A stretch of DNA of 55,652 bases, the filler included, from Trypethelium eluteriae (lineage: Eukaryota), in NCBI GenBank assembly GCA_051942245.1. It is 4 parts of 4 records of this genome, joined end to end, with 100 filler letters (N's around TTAATTAATTAA, not from the genome) between each part and the next. Parts side by side here need not be neighbours in the genome. Positions count along the whole stretch, not along the records: positions 27,989 to 41,776 come from JAVECL010000714.1; positions 41,877 to 55,652 come from JAVECL010000715.1; 2 more parts are not named here. One strand, 5' to 3'. The translations under genes and the position numbers were made by a program. How positions within the stretch are numbered: the first letter of the stretch is position 1; each line of letters starts with the position of its first letter. The notes under the pieces were generated by a model. The model had not been told where the DNA came from and ran no database searches. It was given only the letters and a program-made list of their open reading frames with translations. This document shows, piece by piece, positions 36,793 through 47,984 of this stretch.

Positions 36793-37790
36793 CTCGAGCT
36801 GGCTCAACTGCCATTCTCCTTCAATGACCCGATCTTACTTTCATCTCGAACCGTTTCCATGATCACATGGACATCTGATTACAAGGTTTGTACAACGCTG
36901 AAAAGCATGCTAATCACAAAAGAGGATTTGGGGTGTAAAAATAACATTAGGAAGTAGGCCCTGCCTAGAAGGTCTTGGATGGCCTGAAAAGGCTGCACAT
37001 GATCGAACAAGCCTTAACAAGGCCTGAAGAGGCTCTGTTGAGATCTTAAAAGCTTTTACGGAGGGCCTCAAAGGAAAGATACGAGACCAATCCAGGATTT
37101 TGATTGGACGTGCGGCTATGGGCCGGGACTCCTATTGCTAAAATAAGGCAGAGCTCAGGCGAGCATTCCGGAGGCAGCTGAGGCTAATTAGCGTCCAAGG
37201 TTGGTATGAAGTGGGAAGGTTGGCAACCTCAGCCACCCTTACCTACCGGTCTCGGATCCGCTCCCAAGCCGGGTAAGCCTCAAAGAAGTATAACTTCAGA
37301 GTTACGATGGTTAGTTACTAACATAACAGCCTAACAGGGGCTGAGAATCAAAGTATTATGACCTCACTAAATATTTGCCACTAATATATCCAAACCGTTG
37401 TCTACCTCAATCACATTAGTAGAGCAGCAGAATCGAGGCTTGCACATCAAACGGAACTGAGCATCTTCTCTAGATTGTGAGAGCCTGTCAAAAGGCATAA
37501 TGGAGATGAGCGAGCCGTAGTCGATTATGATGCCTAATTGAGTATTCAACGTCAGACCGCTTTAGTACAGAAAACAGATGAGAAACTGCATCATGGCCAT
37601 ACCGCTAGGTATGTCATACAATGGCTTGGCCATCCACAGCGCCCTTGAAGTCTATCCTGATATTTGACCGCCCTCCTGAGAACGGTCACAGCCACAAACC
37701 GTTCGCGAAACGCCCTATCTAGCCCCTGATAGAATCCATGCCACCATGTCAAATCGTAAACGTGAACAATCAATCAAACAACCAGCCCGC

Positions 37791-39291
37791 TTATGAAGCA
37801 AATACACGCACGTTCAAGTCCACACTCCCCGTTGCAATCACACAATTAATACTTGCCTTCGTCGCCGCTACTGCATCCGGCCCTTTAGCCGACACGCCAT
37901 TGACCTGCCCATTGGTATCTCCATTCGTCGCTGCAGGCTCCTTGGTCCGACTTGGCGCCCATCGAATGCAGCTGACGAAATGGCCATGCGCTTCATCTAG
38001 CGTCTTCACACACTTGCCTTCCTGAGTCAAGTCCCAGCATCGCATCGTTTTGTCGTCGCCTACCGAGATGAGATATTTCCCGCCTGGATGAAAGACAAGC
38101 CCTCGGACCCAGTTGTCGTGTCCCACAAGCGTCTTGATGAGAGTTCCCCTTCCATCCCAAATCTTTATTGTCTTGTCTCTTGAACCTGTTGCAAGGAACT
38201 CTCCAGAACTACTGGCTGGAGGTGCTTTCTTGAGTCCTGCCAGTCCTGCGAGGTGCTCGTAGGCTGCTGGCGGCGCAAAAGTACAACATTCAATGACGTG
38301 TTCGTGACCGAGGAAAGTTGCTTTCGGGTCGCCAGACGCGGAGTCCCAGAGTCGCGCTGTTTGATCGTTACCAGCGGAGAGAAGCCAGCGACCATCGAAG
38401 CTCGCACTCACATCGCGGACCCAGTCCGCATGACCTCGGATAGTTTTGACGCAGTAGCCTGTCGTGACATCCCATATCCTTATTGTTTTGTCCCTGGATG
38501 CTGAGGCTAACAAGTTGCCGGAACTTGGTGCGCCAGCTGCGCCAGATGGAATAAAACGAACGGCCGAGACCGAATGGTCGTGCCCAGGCAGAGTGCGTAT
38601 GTTTTTATATTCGTCGCTTGGGTCCCAGAGTTTGATGGTGAGATCACTGGAACACGACGCGAGAAGAGTTCCGCCTCTTGGACCACCAAAATCGACATCT
38701 AAAACGCCCTTTGTGTGCCCCTTTACCGTCCTTTCCAGCTCACCCAGCTCCCAGTCCCAAATTTTTATCGTCGTGTCTTCCGAGCCAGAGGCTAGAGATG
38801 AGAAGATGGGATGGAATGCGACACATGTAATAGGATTTCTGTGGGATTGAAGAGTATGTCTTGCGGGTGACCTAGGCAACCAGCTTGCAGGATCTTGATT
38901 ACGTCGTGCCAGGGAAGTGGGTGTTGCAGAATCCAGTTCTGACTGGAGCCTGGTAATTGTGGACTCCTGTTCCATTATCTTTGTAGCAGCCTCAGTGTGC
39001 GTCCTATGTAGGGTAGATCGCGAGGCTCATACCTTCTTCTGCAATCGGACGACGCTTGTCCATTTCTTCTCCAGCAACCCCTCGTACTTCTTCCGCGTGG
39101 CATCGTCGAAGTTGTCTCCAATCTTAATCTCCTGCCGTAATGCATTTGCACTTTCTGGCAGACTGCTGACCGTAAGGTATGCTATTATGGCTTTGTTACT
39201 ACCTAGCATCAGCAAAGTCGCGTTCAGCAAAGACCCGATGTCCCCCCACATACAGCTCTTCTGCTTGTCTTGGTGTGAGGATTGCGCTCAT
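37791..39291 (-). CDS. nudF: LIS1/NudF/Pac1 dynein regulator, 3 exons
   Basis: [21 protein letters not shown] Lis[16 protein letters not shown] coiled coil, seven WD40 repeats ending [12 protein letters not shown]. Confidence 0.96.
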
Positions 39292-39939
39292 GTCGCCAGC
39301 CGAGCCAGCATCACCACAGCCCCCGGGGCGAATTGGTTAGGCTATAAATTTCTTGTGCCGATATCTTCTACAAGTGGAAGCAGGGATGTTGTCGGATAAT
39401 GTGTGTGAAGTTCGTCTTGATTCTTTCGGGGTTTTGCGGTAGAATTCTCAGGGACCGTTGATGTACCAGAGGAACCACGAACGTGAAGAGCCAGGGCAGC
39501 GATGAGTTTTAAGGGCAAGCGTCGATAAGTTTGTTACAGTTTGGGAAGGTCTTGGTGGAGTGGACATGTTTCCTGCACAAGCACGGGGAAGTCGCGCGCG
39601 ACGTCAGGGTTGCCCCAGTGAACGTCGCCAACCCACGCGAAACAATCAGTTCTTCTGCCGTCACTAAAGAGTCGCTTTTGCGCAACCACCAATTACGACC
39701 CCCTACAAGCGCTGTTCGACATCGCGCACGCGACGCCTTTGTTTCTCCATCTCCTGACTGTCTTGGTTCCGCATTCTCACCGACCTGCAGCCGTGCTTTG
39801 CTGTCACCAAGCACAACGGACCCCTCCAGCAATCAATCCAATCGCTAGCAAAGCCTCCTTGAGGGTCGTGGGCCAAAGGGTGTCTGACATCTTGTGCGCA
39901 CAAGCTACTTCTTGCTAGCAACTTGTATTAGAAAGCACC

Positions 39940-41776
39940 ATGGCGGAAGAGGAGGATTTTAGCTCGCTGCCGCTACCCGAGAGATTCACGCACAAGAACT
40001 GGAAAGTGAGGAAAGAAGGTTATGAAGCTGCGGCTAAAGAATTCGACAAGGCGCAAGATGAATCAGATCCCACAGTGCAGGAGTTCATTAGAGATGCGGG
40101 ACTATGGAAAGGCGCAGTGGCAGATTCAAATGTTGCCGCACAACAAGAGGCGCTGGCCTGTTTATGCTCTTTTCTGCAAATAGCGGGACACCAGGGATGT
40201 ACAAGGTGAAAGCTGTTCTGTCTAAACACCACCTGTGGAATTACTCATGACTTCTTCACAGGACGCGAGGGTCGACAGTTGGACCAATTGCAGAGAAAGC
40301 GCTTCCTTCAACAAGACCAGCCGCAAAGCAAAAAGCATTAGAAGCCCTCATGCTATACATAGAACTCGACCGACCTGACCCCGTTATCGAAGAACTCCTT
40401 CCATCTCTATCTCATAAGACTCCAAAGGTCATTACAGCAACCCTTTCCTCGCTGATCGCAATATATCATGCATTTGGCTGCAAGACTGTGGAGCCAAAAC
40501 CCGTCCTCAAACTATTGCCAAAAGTCTACGGTCATGCAGACAAAAACGTGCGCGCGGAGGCTCAAAATCTAACTGTGGAATTTTATCGGTGGTTAAAAGA
40601 CGCGATGAAACCTCTGTTCTGGAATGAGCTTAAACCAGTGCAACAGCAAGATTTGGAGAAGCTGTTTGAGAAGGTCAAGGAAGAACCTCCACCAAAACAA
40701 GAGCGATTACTGCGCTCACAACAAGCTGCGGCTGCACCTGCCGGAGGAAATGCGGACGCTGCTGAGGACCAAGGTGACGATGAGCCAGTGGAAATCGACC
40801 TGGAACCCGAGTACGAGGCTGTAGATGTGATGCCCAAAATACCCAAAGATCTTCAAGAAAGATTAGCCTCAGCGAAGTGGAAGGACCGCAAGGAAGCGTT
40901 GGATGACTTGCTCAAAGCCATCAGTCAGCCTCTGATCAAAGAAGGCCCATTTGATGATATATTACGATCACTCGCCAAAGCGATGAAAGATGCAAATATC
41001 ATGGTCGTGATTACGGCAGCAAATTGTGTCGAAGCCTTTGCTAAAGGTCTTCGGAAATCCTTTGCAAAGTATCGAACAATTGTCATGGCTCCCATGCTAG
41101 ACCGCTTAAAAGAGAAAAAGCAAACCGTAACGGACGCTATCGGAGCAGCTCTAGATGCCGTGTTCATGACAACATCCCTATCAGATTGTTTGTCAGAGAT
41201 ACTTGAATTTATGGCGCACAAAAATCCACTGGTGAAGCTTGAAGCGACGAAGTTCCTCATCAGATGCCTAAAAACAACTCGGGAAGCGCCCGATGCGGGG
41301 GAGGTAAAATCTATATCGGAGATATCAACTAAGCTCTTGGCGGATTCACAAGAGACCCAAAGAACGGCTGGTGCGGAGGTTCTCGGCACATTATGGAAGA
41401 TTATGGGCGATCGATCTATGCAGCCACACCTTGAAGGTCTTGACGATATCCGGAAAACTAAAGTCAAGGAAGCTTGTGACGCTGCGGAGGTCAAAGCAAA
41501 ATACAAGCCAAAATCCGCAGCACCAGCGCCAAAAGCTCCGACAGCAGGCGTGAAGAAAGCTCCGCCTGGAAAGAAACCTGCACCGAAGAAAACCCCAGCG
41601 CCGGCTGCCGCATCAGCTCCTGTTGCAGAGTCAGAACCCCAAGCACCTCCACCATCGCAAACGCGTCCTGCAGCACGAGCAGGAGGACTTCCGAAACCTG
41701 GCCAAAAGTCCGGTCTCACAGCACCTTCATCTCTTCGACCGCCTGGCAAGCCCGGTGTAGGTGGCATCGGACGAGG
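39940..41776 (+). CDS. STU2: XMAP215/Stu2/AlpA TOG-domain microtubule polymerase (3'-truncated at gap)
   Basis: HKNWKVRKEGYE (TOG1), AKWKDRKEAL (TOG2), LKEKK, basic Pro/Lys-rich linker; intron 40206-40261. Confidence 0.95.
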
Positions 41777-41876
41777 NNNNNNNNNNNNNNNNNNNNNNNN
41801 NNNNNNNNNNNNNNNNNNNNTTAATTAATTAANNNNNNNNNNNNNNNNNNNNNNNNNNNNNNNNNNNNNNNNNNNN
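41777..41876. other. Artificial contig-join spacer
   Basis: 44 N + TTAATTAATTAA + 44 N. Confidence 0.97.
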
Positions 41877-41877
41877 C

Positions 41878-42537
41878 ACCCGTCTCGCCCCAAACCCCTC
41901 TACCCAACTCCTCTACCTCGCCACCCTCCTTGCGCACTGCACGCCTCTCCGCGCGCTGCTCGCCATCGCCGGCGAAACCTGGGTCATGGGCGAGAAGCTG
42001 CCCTCCCTCGCCGAATACGAGTCCCTGCGCGCCAGCCTCCGCGTCTGGGCCGCCGCGGACGAAGGCGAGCACGGCACTATCACCAACAACACCACATCCC
42101 TCTCCCAAAACTCCGCTACCGCTCTCAACACCGCGCTCCGCATTCTGCGGCTTGAGCTCAATCGTCCGCCTGCTGAGGCCCGGCCGGCGACGCTGGTGGA
42201 GCAGTGGGCTGTCTACCTTGCTGCGCTCGTGCTGTGGGCGAGGACCTATGCGTTCGTGCATCCGCTGCCCTTGGGGCAGGAGCAGCAGCAGGGAGAGAAG
42301 GGGTTGGGGCATGGGACGCCTGCCATGGGTAGCGAGTCGGCGCAGATACCGGTGCATGCGACTCTCGCGAAAGTGGAGGCAGGGAAACGGGAGGACGTGG
42401 TGAAAGGGAGAGGGGTGGTTGGAGTACTGACGTGGGTGAGGGGAAAGATCAATGGGAGTTCGAACGGGTTGGTGGTGGAAGCGGTTTTGGTGCTGGGAAA
42501 GCTGGTGGAGAGGGGTTCAGAGGAGGGGTGGTTTTGA
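41878..42537 (+). CDS. 3' part of a probable fungal zinc-finger transcription factor (5' part lost in gap)
   Basis: Frame open from the contig start; TPLRALLAIAGETWVMGEKL, WAVYLAALVLWA and EAVLVLGKLVE..WF resemble fungal TF C-termini; DNA-binding domain not in window. Confidence 0.55.
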   Translation, partial: TRLAPNPSTQLLYLATLLAHCTPLRALLAIAGETWVMGEKLPSLAEYESLRASLRVWAAADEGEHGTITNNTTSLSQNSATALNTALRILRLELNRPPAEARPATLVEQWAVYLAALVLWARTYAFVHPLPLGQEQQQGEKGLGHGTPAMGSESAQIPVHATLAKVEAGKREDVVKGRGVVGVLTWVRGKINGSSNGLVVEAVLVLGKLVERGSEEGWF

Positions 42538-42825
42538 GAAGGAGAAAGAGAGGGGATGTATAAATGGATGAATGAGTGTGTGGATAAGGCGTACATACGC
42601 ATTAAATTGCATTGGTGCGGCAAACTGCATTGTAAGGGAGCATGGGAACATTACAGGCTTCGACCCTAATTATGCACATATTGGGCGTTCGGTGTCAAAC
42701 AAAGCATTAGGCATTCGTTACGTCTCATGCTATCTATATACCAGTTGCAACGATTTTGTCTTATTTCCCACGCTATGCAATTACGCATTTTTCACATCCA
42801 CATACGCTCGGGATTCAACAGTCGT

Positions 42826-44658
42826 TCATGCCATAATCTCCCTAACCAGACCTTTCTCCAAGTCCCCAGACCCAACTATTTCTTCCTTCCTCTCAGGCTC
42901 AACCTCAATCTGCCCAACCGCAGCACCTGTCTGGGAAGCAGGCTCTGCCTTTACCTCTGCCTCTAGCCTATGCATTACCACACTTTCCCTCCTTCCCTCC
43001 AGTCTCGACCGTTCCTCCTGCATCCTCCGAATCAATCCACTCCGCATCCGAATCCTCGCTCCATACCGATAAAACACAAATGGAATCGGTACACACGCCA
43101 ACTCCAACAACCCAAGCAAAGTCCCCGCCCAATGCGGCCCCAACTTCCCATACAACGCCGGGCCCGCCAACGGCAGCGTCGCACCCGCAACGCTGCGCAA
43201 CACCGCATTGCCTGCAAGCGCAGACGCAGCGTAGACGCCATACGACTGCAGCATGTAGTTATTCCCATAGATGAAAAGCGCCGTATTGCCAAAAGCAAAC
43301 GGCAGGCCCGCCAGCAAGGGCCAGATCCAATGGGTCGGCGGAGTGCAGGTCCAGGCAAACCAGAGCTCGCCGAGTGGAATAAGCAGGGCAGCACCACAGA
43401 TGATGGCGACTTGGGCTTCAGGGGGCGGGCGTCCGGTGTCCGGGTCGGGCTTGTGACGGTCGATGACGAAGCGGCGGAGGAGGGGCTCAGAGGCGATGAG
43501 CAGGAGGGAGCCGAGGCCGATGCCGCAGAAGGAGAGGCCGGTGAGGCCCGGCGACCAGGCGCGGTAGGAGGAGAAGAGGAGCGGGTAGGCGAAGAAGCAC
43601 AGGTACAGGATGGCGTAGACGATGGCGATGTAGATGTCCCAGAAGATGCAGATGGGTTCGGTGACGGCCATCACGAAGGGCCGGCTGAGGTTGACTTTGA
43701 GAAGTTGCAGCGCCGATTTCTTCTCGTCGTATCGGCTCCACCAGCGGGGGTCCTGGGTTTCTTGTCGTCGGAGGCGGGCTCGTCGGCGTAGGATCGTAGG
43801 GGCGTAGGTTTCTTTCACGAATAGCAGGAAGCAGAAGCCGACTCCGCCGGCGATCATGACGACCCAGTTGAGCCATCTCCAGCCGGCGTACTGGAAAATC
43901 CAGCCGCCGATTAAGGGACCGACCACGGGTCCATTCATTGGCCCGATTCCCCAAATGGAGAATACGAATGCGCGGTACTTCTCGCTGGCTATGTCGTTGA
44001 TTGTGCCTGGAGCATTGCTCACCAGCGCTGCAGCCGCCACAGCACCGAAGAAGCGTGGAACGAGAATTCCCTCGAAACGGTCAGCAAGAGCAGCTGGTAA
44101 AATGAAGATGACGTGCAAGGCCAACGAGGCAAGATAGACCGGTCTTCGGCCAACCATTTCACTCATGGGAGCTGCGATGAGAGAGCCTGCTGCTAATCCC
44201 AGCAGGAAAGTCGTGAGACCCATAAGGGCAACTGTCTCTGATATGCCAAAGCTTTCCATTACACCTGGTATGCCTGAAGTGTAGGAGGTTGAGTAAAGAA
44301 CGGTGACTAGAGTGCAATACGACATCATGGCCACAACCATAGACTTATATCCAAGGGACCAGTTCAACGGATTTTCTGGGTCATCTGGACCATCCCAATC
44401 AACTTCAAACGCCGGGTCCTGTCCCTCCGCGGGCCCAACAGATACTCTAGATCTGACTTTGTCCAAAGGAGCACCTTTGTTGTAAGATGTCTTTGATGTA
44501 AGATTGTTTTCCTTTTCATATTCAATTGAGCGGACAGAGGCTACTTCCGTTCCGCATGACGATTGTTGGGATTCAGAGTGGGATCTCTCATTTTGATCAC
44601 CAGATATGTCATCTGCGCTGTCTTTTTCTATTTCCTCTCTCAAACCCGGGAGAGACAT
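42826..44658 (-). CDS. MFS DHA1 drug/polyamine:H+ antiporter (TPO/FLU1-like), intronless
   Basis: VDWDGPDDPENPLNWS, APMSEMVGRRPVY, GWRW, ETYAPTIL, YAASALAG; first in-frame ATG at 44658. Confidence 0.94.
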   Translation of the reverse strand: MSLPGLREEIEKDSADDISGDQNERSHSESQQSSCGTEVASVRSIEYEKENNLTSKTSYNKGAPLDKVRSRVSVGPAEGQDPAFEVDWDGPDDPENPLNWSLGYKSMVVAMMSYCTLVTVLYSTSYTSGIPGVMESFGISETVALMGLTTFLLGLAAGSLIAAPMSEMVGRRPVYLASLALHVIFILPAALADRFEGILVPRFFGAVAAAALVSNAPGTINDIASEKYRAFVFSIWGIGPMNGPVVGPLIGGWIFQYAGWRWLNWVVMIAGGVGFCFLLFVKETYAPTILRRRARLRRQETQDPRWWSRYDEKKSALQLLKVNLSRPFVMAVTEPICIFWDIYIAIVYAILYLCFFAYPLLFSSYRAWSPGLTGLSFCGIGLGSLLLIASEPLLRRFVIDRHKPDPDTGRPPPEAQVAIICGAALLIPLGELWFAWTCTPPTHWIWPLLAGLPFAFGNTALFIYGNNYMLQSYGVYAASALAGNAVLRSVAGATLPLAGPALYGKLGPHWAGTLLGLLELACVPIPFVFYRYGARIRMRSGLIRRMQEERSRLEGRRESVVMHRLEAEVKAEPASQTGAAVGQIEVEPERKEEIVGSGDLEKGLVREIMA

Positions 44659-45503
44659 AGTGATGACGGATGGCAACGTTTCATGAAAGTGCAGAATTTC
44701 AGTGCGTTTCGAGGTTGATAGCTAGCAGCCAGATCTTCTGGGGCAAAAGATTCTGGATTGGTGGTAAAAAGTAATGGATAATAGGTACTCTTGGCAGAAT
44801 GGGATGGACGTGCCAGCTATTATACCTGGCATACGAGATTTGCTGATCTTGTACGAGTCAAATATGGAAAGCCCTTGTATATAATGATACTGTGTAGAAT
44901 TTGAAGACTGGGAATCAATTCTAAAGGATAAGGACCGGAGAAGACAGCAGTAGTCAGAGATAAACAAGAAGGAAAGCATCATACCAAGTGGCAAAACCTT
45001 CCCCATGTAATTTTAGCGGAGAGCAAGTGGATTGTGTGCTCGCGGGGCAGAAGTTGATAGCTGCCGCGATGCCTCACTAAGCTACAAGACCAAAGGACAC
45101 CAAAGCCTGCCGAATCAGGACTGTACCTAACTGTTACCGGTGAAATGCCACAGCGGCTCGGTGGTGCCCCCGGACCATGGACTGCCCGTTTTGTCCGGAA
45201 ATGATCGATTTCCATGGCAAAAAGCTTAGAAGCTATCCCAAGCGCCTGTGGTAGCCGACATCCGACAGGGCGGCGATGAGGAGAGGGCCAAAATGAGCAA
45301 CACGATGGTAGGAGAGTTGAATTATTAGGGTAAGCCATGGTGGTGGTGGCGTGAAACTCCTACTGTGTCCTGCCGAATAGCCGGGGACCTTTCAGTAAAC
45401 TGGAGCGAAGAGGGTAGGCCGGCCGTTAGAGTTAGATATACCAGGGGGCGTATCTGCAAGTTTGTGGAGTGGTGATTAGCGTGTTGTTCGTCCCTTCATC
45501 AGC

Positions 45504-45523
45504 CCAATCAGCCGCCGTCCATT
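45504..45523 (+). promoter_or_regulatory. CSAAT-N12-RWT motif (CBC:HapX-type site) upstream of the Rieske-protein gene
   Basis: CCAAT cagccgccgtcc ATT about 180 bp before ATG 45700; palindromic TTATCGATAA at 45539-45548. Confidence 0.45.
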
Positions 45524-45699
45524 ACGCAGACGGAGCTCTTATCGATAACAATGAACCACTCAGTGATGATGACATCCGTAGACCCATACACTCATTCCCA
45601 TTCGTTCCACTGCATTCGTGCCGTCACGACACTGCCCTTCTGACTCTGGAGCCTATCTCGCGCCCCCAGCTTGCGTGAGCATAGCCTTATTCACTTTAT

Positions 45700-47565
45700 A
45701 TGCTTTCTATCCGCATTCGACCTTTGACCCAGCGATTTCAGTTGCATCGAATCAGACCCGATCTAATCCATCGAGCTAGCTTTACCGGGGACGTTCGCAA
45801 GATGGCCCAGGAATTCAAGCTCAAAGATCTGACCACGATCGATCTAAAGAATGGGCAAAAGCTCGAGGCAGATGTTGAAGGCATCGAGGAAGGCAAAGTG
45901 CTTCTCGTCAAAGTCAAAGACGAAGTTCACGCCCTGAGTCCCAAGTGCACTCACTACGGTGCCCCGCTGAAGCTCGGTGTTGTGACAGGGGAAGGAAGGT
46001 TGACTTGTGCATGGCATGGAGGTATGAAGCATCATCTCCGGTCATTTCGCGTAATTTGCTCAGGTCCAGGCAGCTTGTTTCAACGTAGCGAGCGGCGATG
46101 TTGAGGATGCCCCAGCACTCGATCCCCTAGCCAAATTCGAGATCATCCAGAAAAATGGCGGGGTATACATTAAAGGCGATAAAGAAGGCATCACGTCGAG
46201 CCGGAGATCACTGAATCTCAAATGTCAGGCGCAGGGGCAAGAGAAGGTCCTTGTCATCGGCGGGTACGTCTACCTCGGTCCTGACCGACGGAATTGCCGA
46301 ATTGGTATACTCATTAAATTTTCAGGGGCTCTGGCACAATTGGTGCAATCGAAGGACTTCGAGGAGGTAAATACACTGGGCACATCACCGTCATCTCCAA
46401 AGAGGGCTATAGACCAATCGACCGAACGAAACTTTCTAAAGCCTTGCTCGCCGATGTCTCCAAAGTTGCGTGGCGTTCGCCAGATTTCTATAAAGACGCG
46501 TCGATCGATATCTTCGAAGATGAAGTTACAAAGGTTGACTTCGCAAGCAAAAAAGTCTCTGTCAAGTCCGGCAAGACTTACGATTACACAAAGCTGGTCC
46601 TTGCAAGCGGAGGTGCCCCCAAATCGCTGCCCTTACCTGGCTTAAAACTGGGGGAGCTGAAAAATGTCTTCCTATTACGGTCCGTGCCGGATGTACAGGG
46701 TATAGTAGATGCCGTGGGCGACAACGGGAAGAAGATCGTTGTGATTGGCAGTTCCTTCATAGGCATGGAGGTTGCCAATGCCTTGGTGCAAAAGAAGAAC
46801 GATGTCACAGTCGTCGGAATGGAGAAGCAGCCAATGGATCGCATCATGGGAGAAAAGGTTGGGAAGATCTTCCGAGGTTTGATTGAGAAGAGTGGCGTGA
46901 AGTTCCATATGGAGGCGTCCGTAGACAAGGCGACACCATCAAAGTCCGACCCTTCGAAGGTAGGGGCAGTCCACCTCAAAGATGGCACGACTCTCGAGGC
47001 AGACATCGTGATCGAGGGTGTTGGTGTTGGTCCAGCTACCGAGTTCTTGAAAGATTCAGGCATCCCACTAGAGAAGGATGGCAGTGTTCGGGTCGACGAG
47101 AGCTTCGCGGTCCCAGGGCACAAGGACGTCTTCGCCATTGGCGACATTGCAACATATCCATACCATGGGCCAAATGGGAACGGTACTCCTGTCCGCATCG
47201 AGCATTGGAACGTCGCACAGAATCAGGGCCGTAGTGTAGCTAATTCTATTGCTAAGCCGAACGCTGCTAGGCCCAAGCCTTTCATTCCTATCTTCTGGTC
47301 TGCACTGGGCTCGCAGTTGCGGTATTGTGGCCACACCGTTGGAGGGTACGATGATGTTATCCTATCTGGGGAACCAGAGAAGCCTAGCTGGGTCGCATTC
47401 TACACGAAGGGAGAGACTGTGGTCGCGGTAGCAAGCATGATGAAAGATCCGTACATGGCACAGGCTGCGGAGCTGATGAGAAGAGGGAAAATGCCCAGCA
47501 AGAGTGACATAGTAAAAGGTGTCGACATCTTGGAGGTTAGCATCCCATCTGAGATTAAGATGTAA
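45700..47565 (+). CDS. AIF-like (AIFM3/Aif1) Rieske 2Fe-2S + FAD/NAD oxidoreductase, 3 exons
   Basis: Rieske CTHYG..CAWHGACF, IGGGSG, DRTKLSK, IGSSFIGME, FAIGDIA, RIEHWNVA, PIFWS; introns 46022-46073 and 46264-46325. Confidence 0.94.
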
Positions 47566-47802
47566 ACATGAAGGCTATGGCGATAGGATCAGAGGTGATC
47601 AGCGCTTTGCAGCTTTAGCTTCACTTAGTAAATATTTGGTACTCCCTACTTTACATTTGTAGCCTCAGGTGGAGTTCTAGCCTATTATTGGCCAGTCTTG
47701 TTAGTGTGCACCGAGTAAGGAGATCGCGATCACCTCGCTCATTTCGCCCTGTGAATAGCGCAAGGCTGATAGGAAATATAGCAGCTTATCTCACTCTGTG
47801 AT

Positions 47803-47823
47803 TTGATTCTTGATTCTTGATTC
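47803..47823. repeat. (TTGATTC)3 tandem repeat
   Basis: ttgattcttgattcttgattc upstream of the DUF1365 gene. Confidence 0.6.
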
Positions 47824-47984
47824 TAATGCATGTCATCAGTGTGTAAGATACCTAGGCAATCCATAAGAGACGCTGCAGGTGGGTGGACTGGCAAAAGTGG
47901 GATATCCTACCGCAGCTTCCGAACCTGCTTCGTCCAACGTCAGTAGACCTTCTCCTCAACAAACTCTTCATTGTACGAGTCTCA

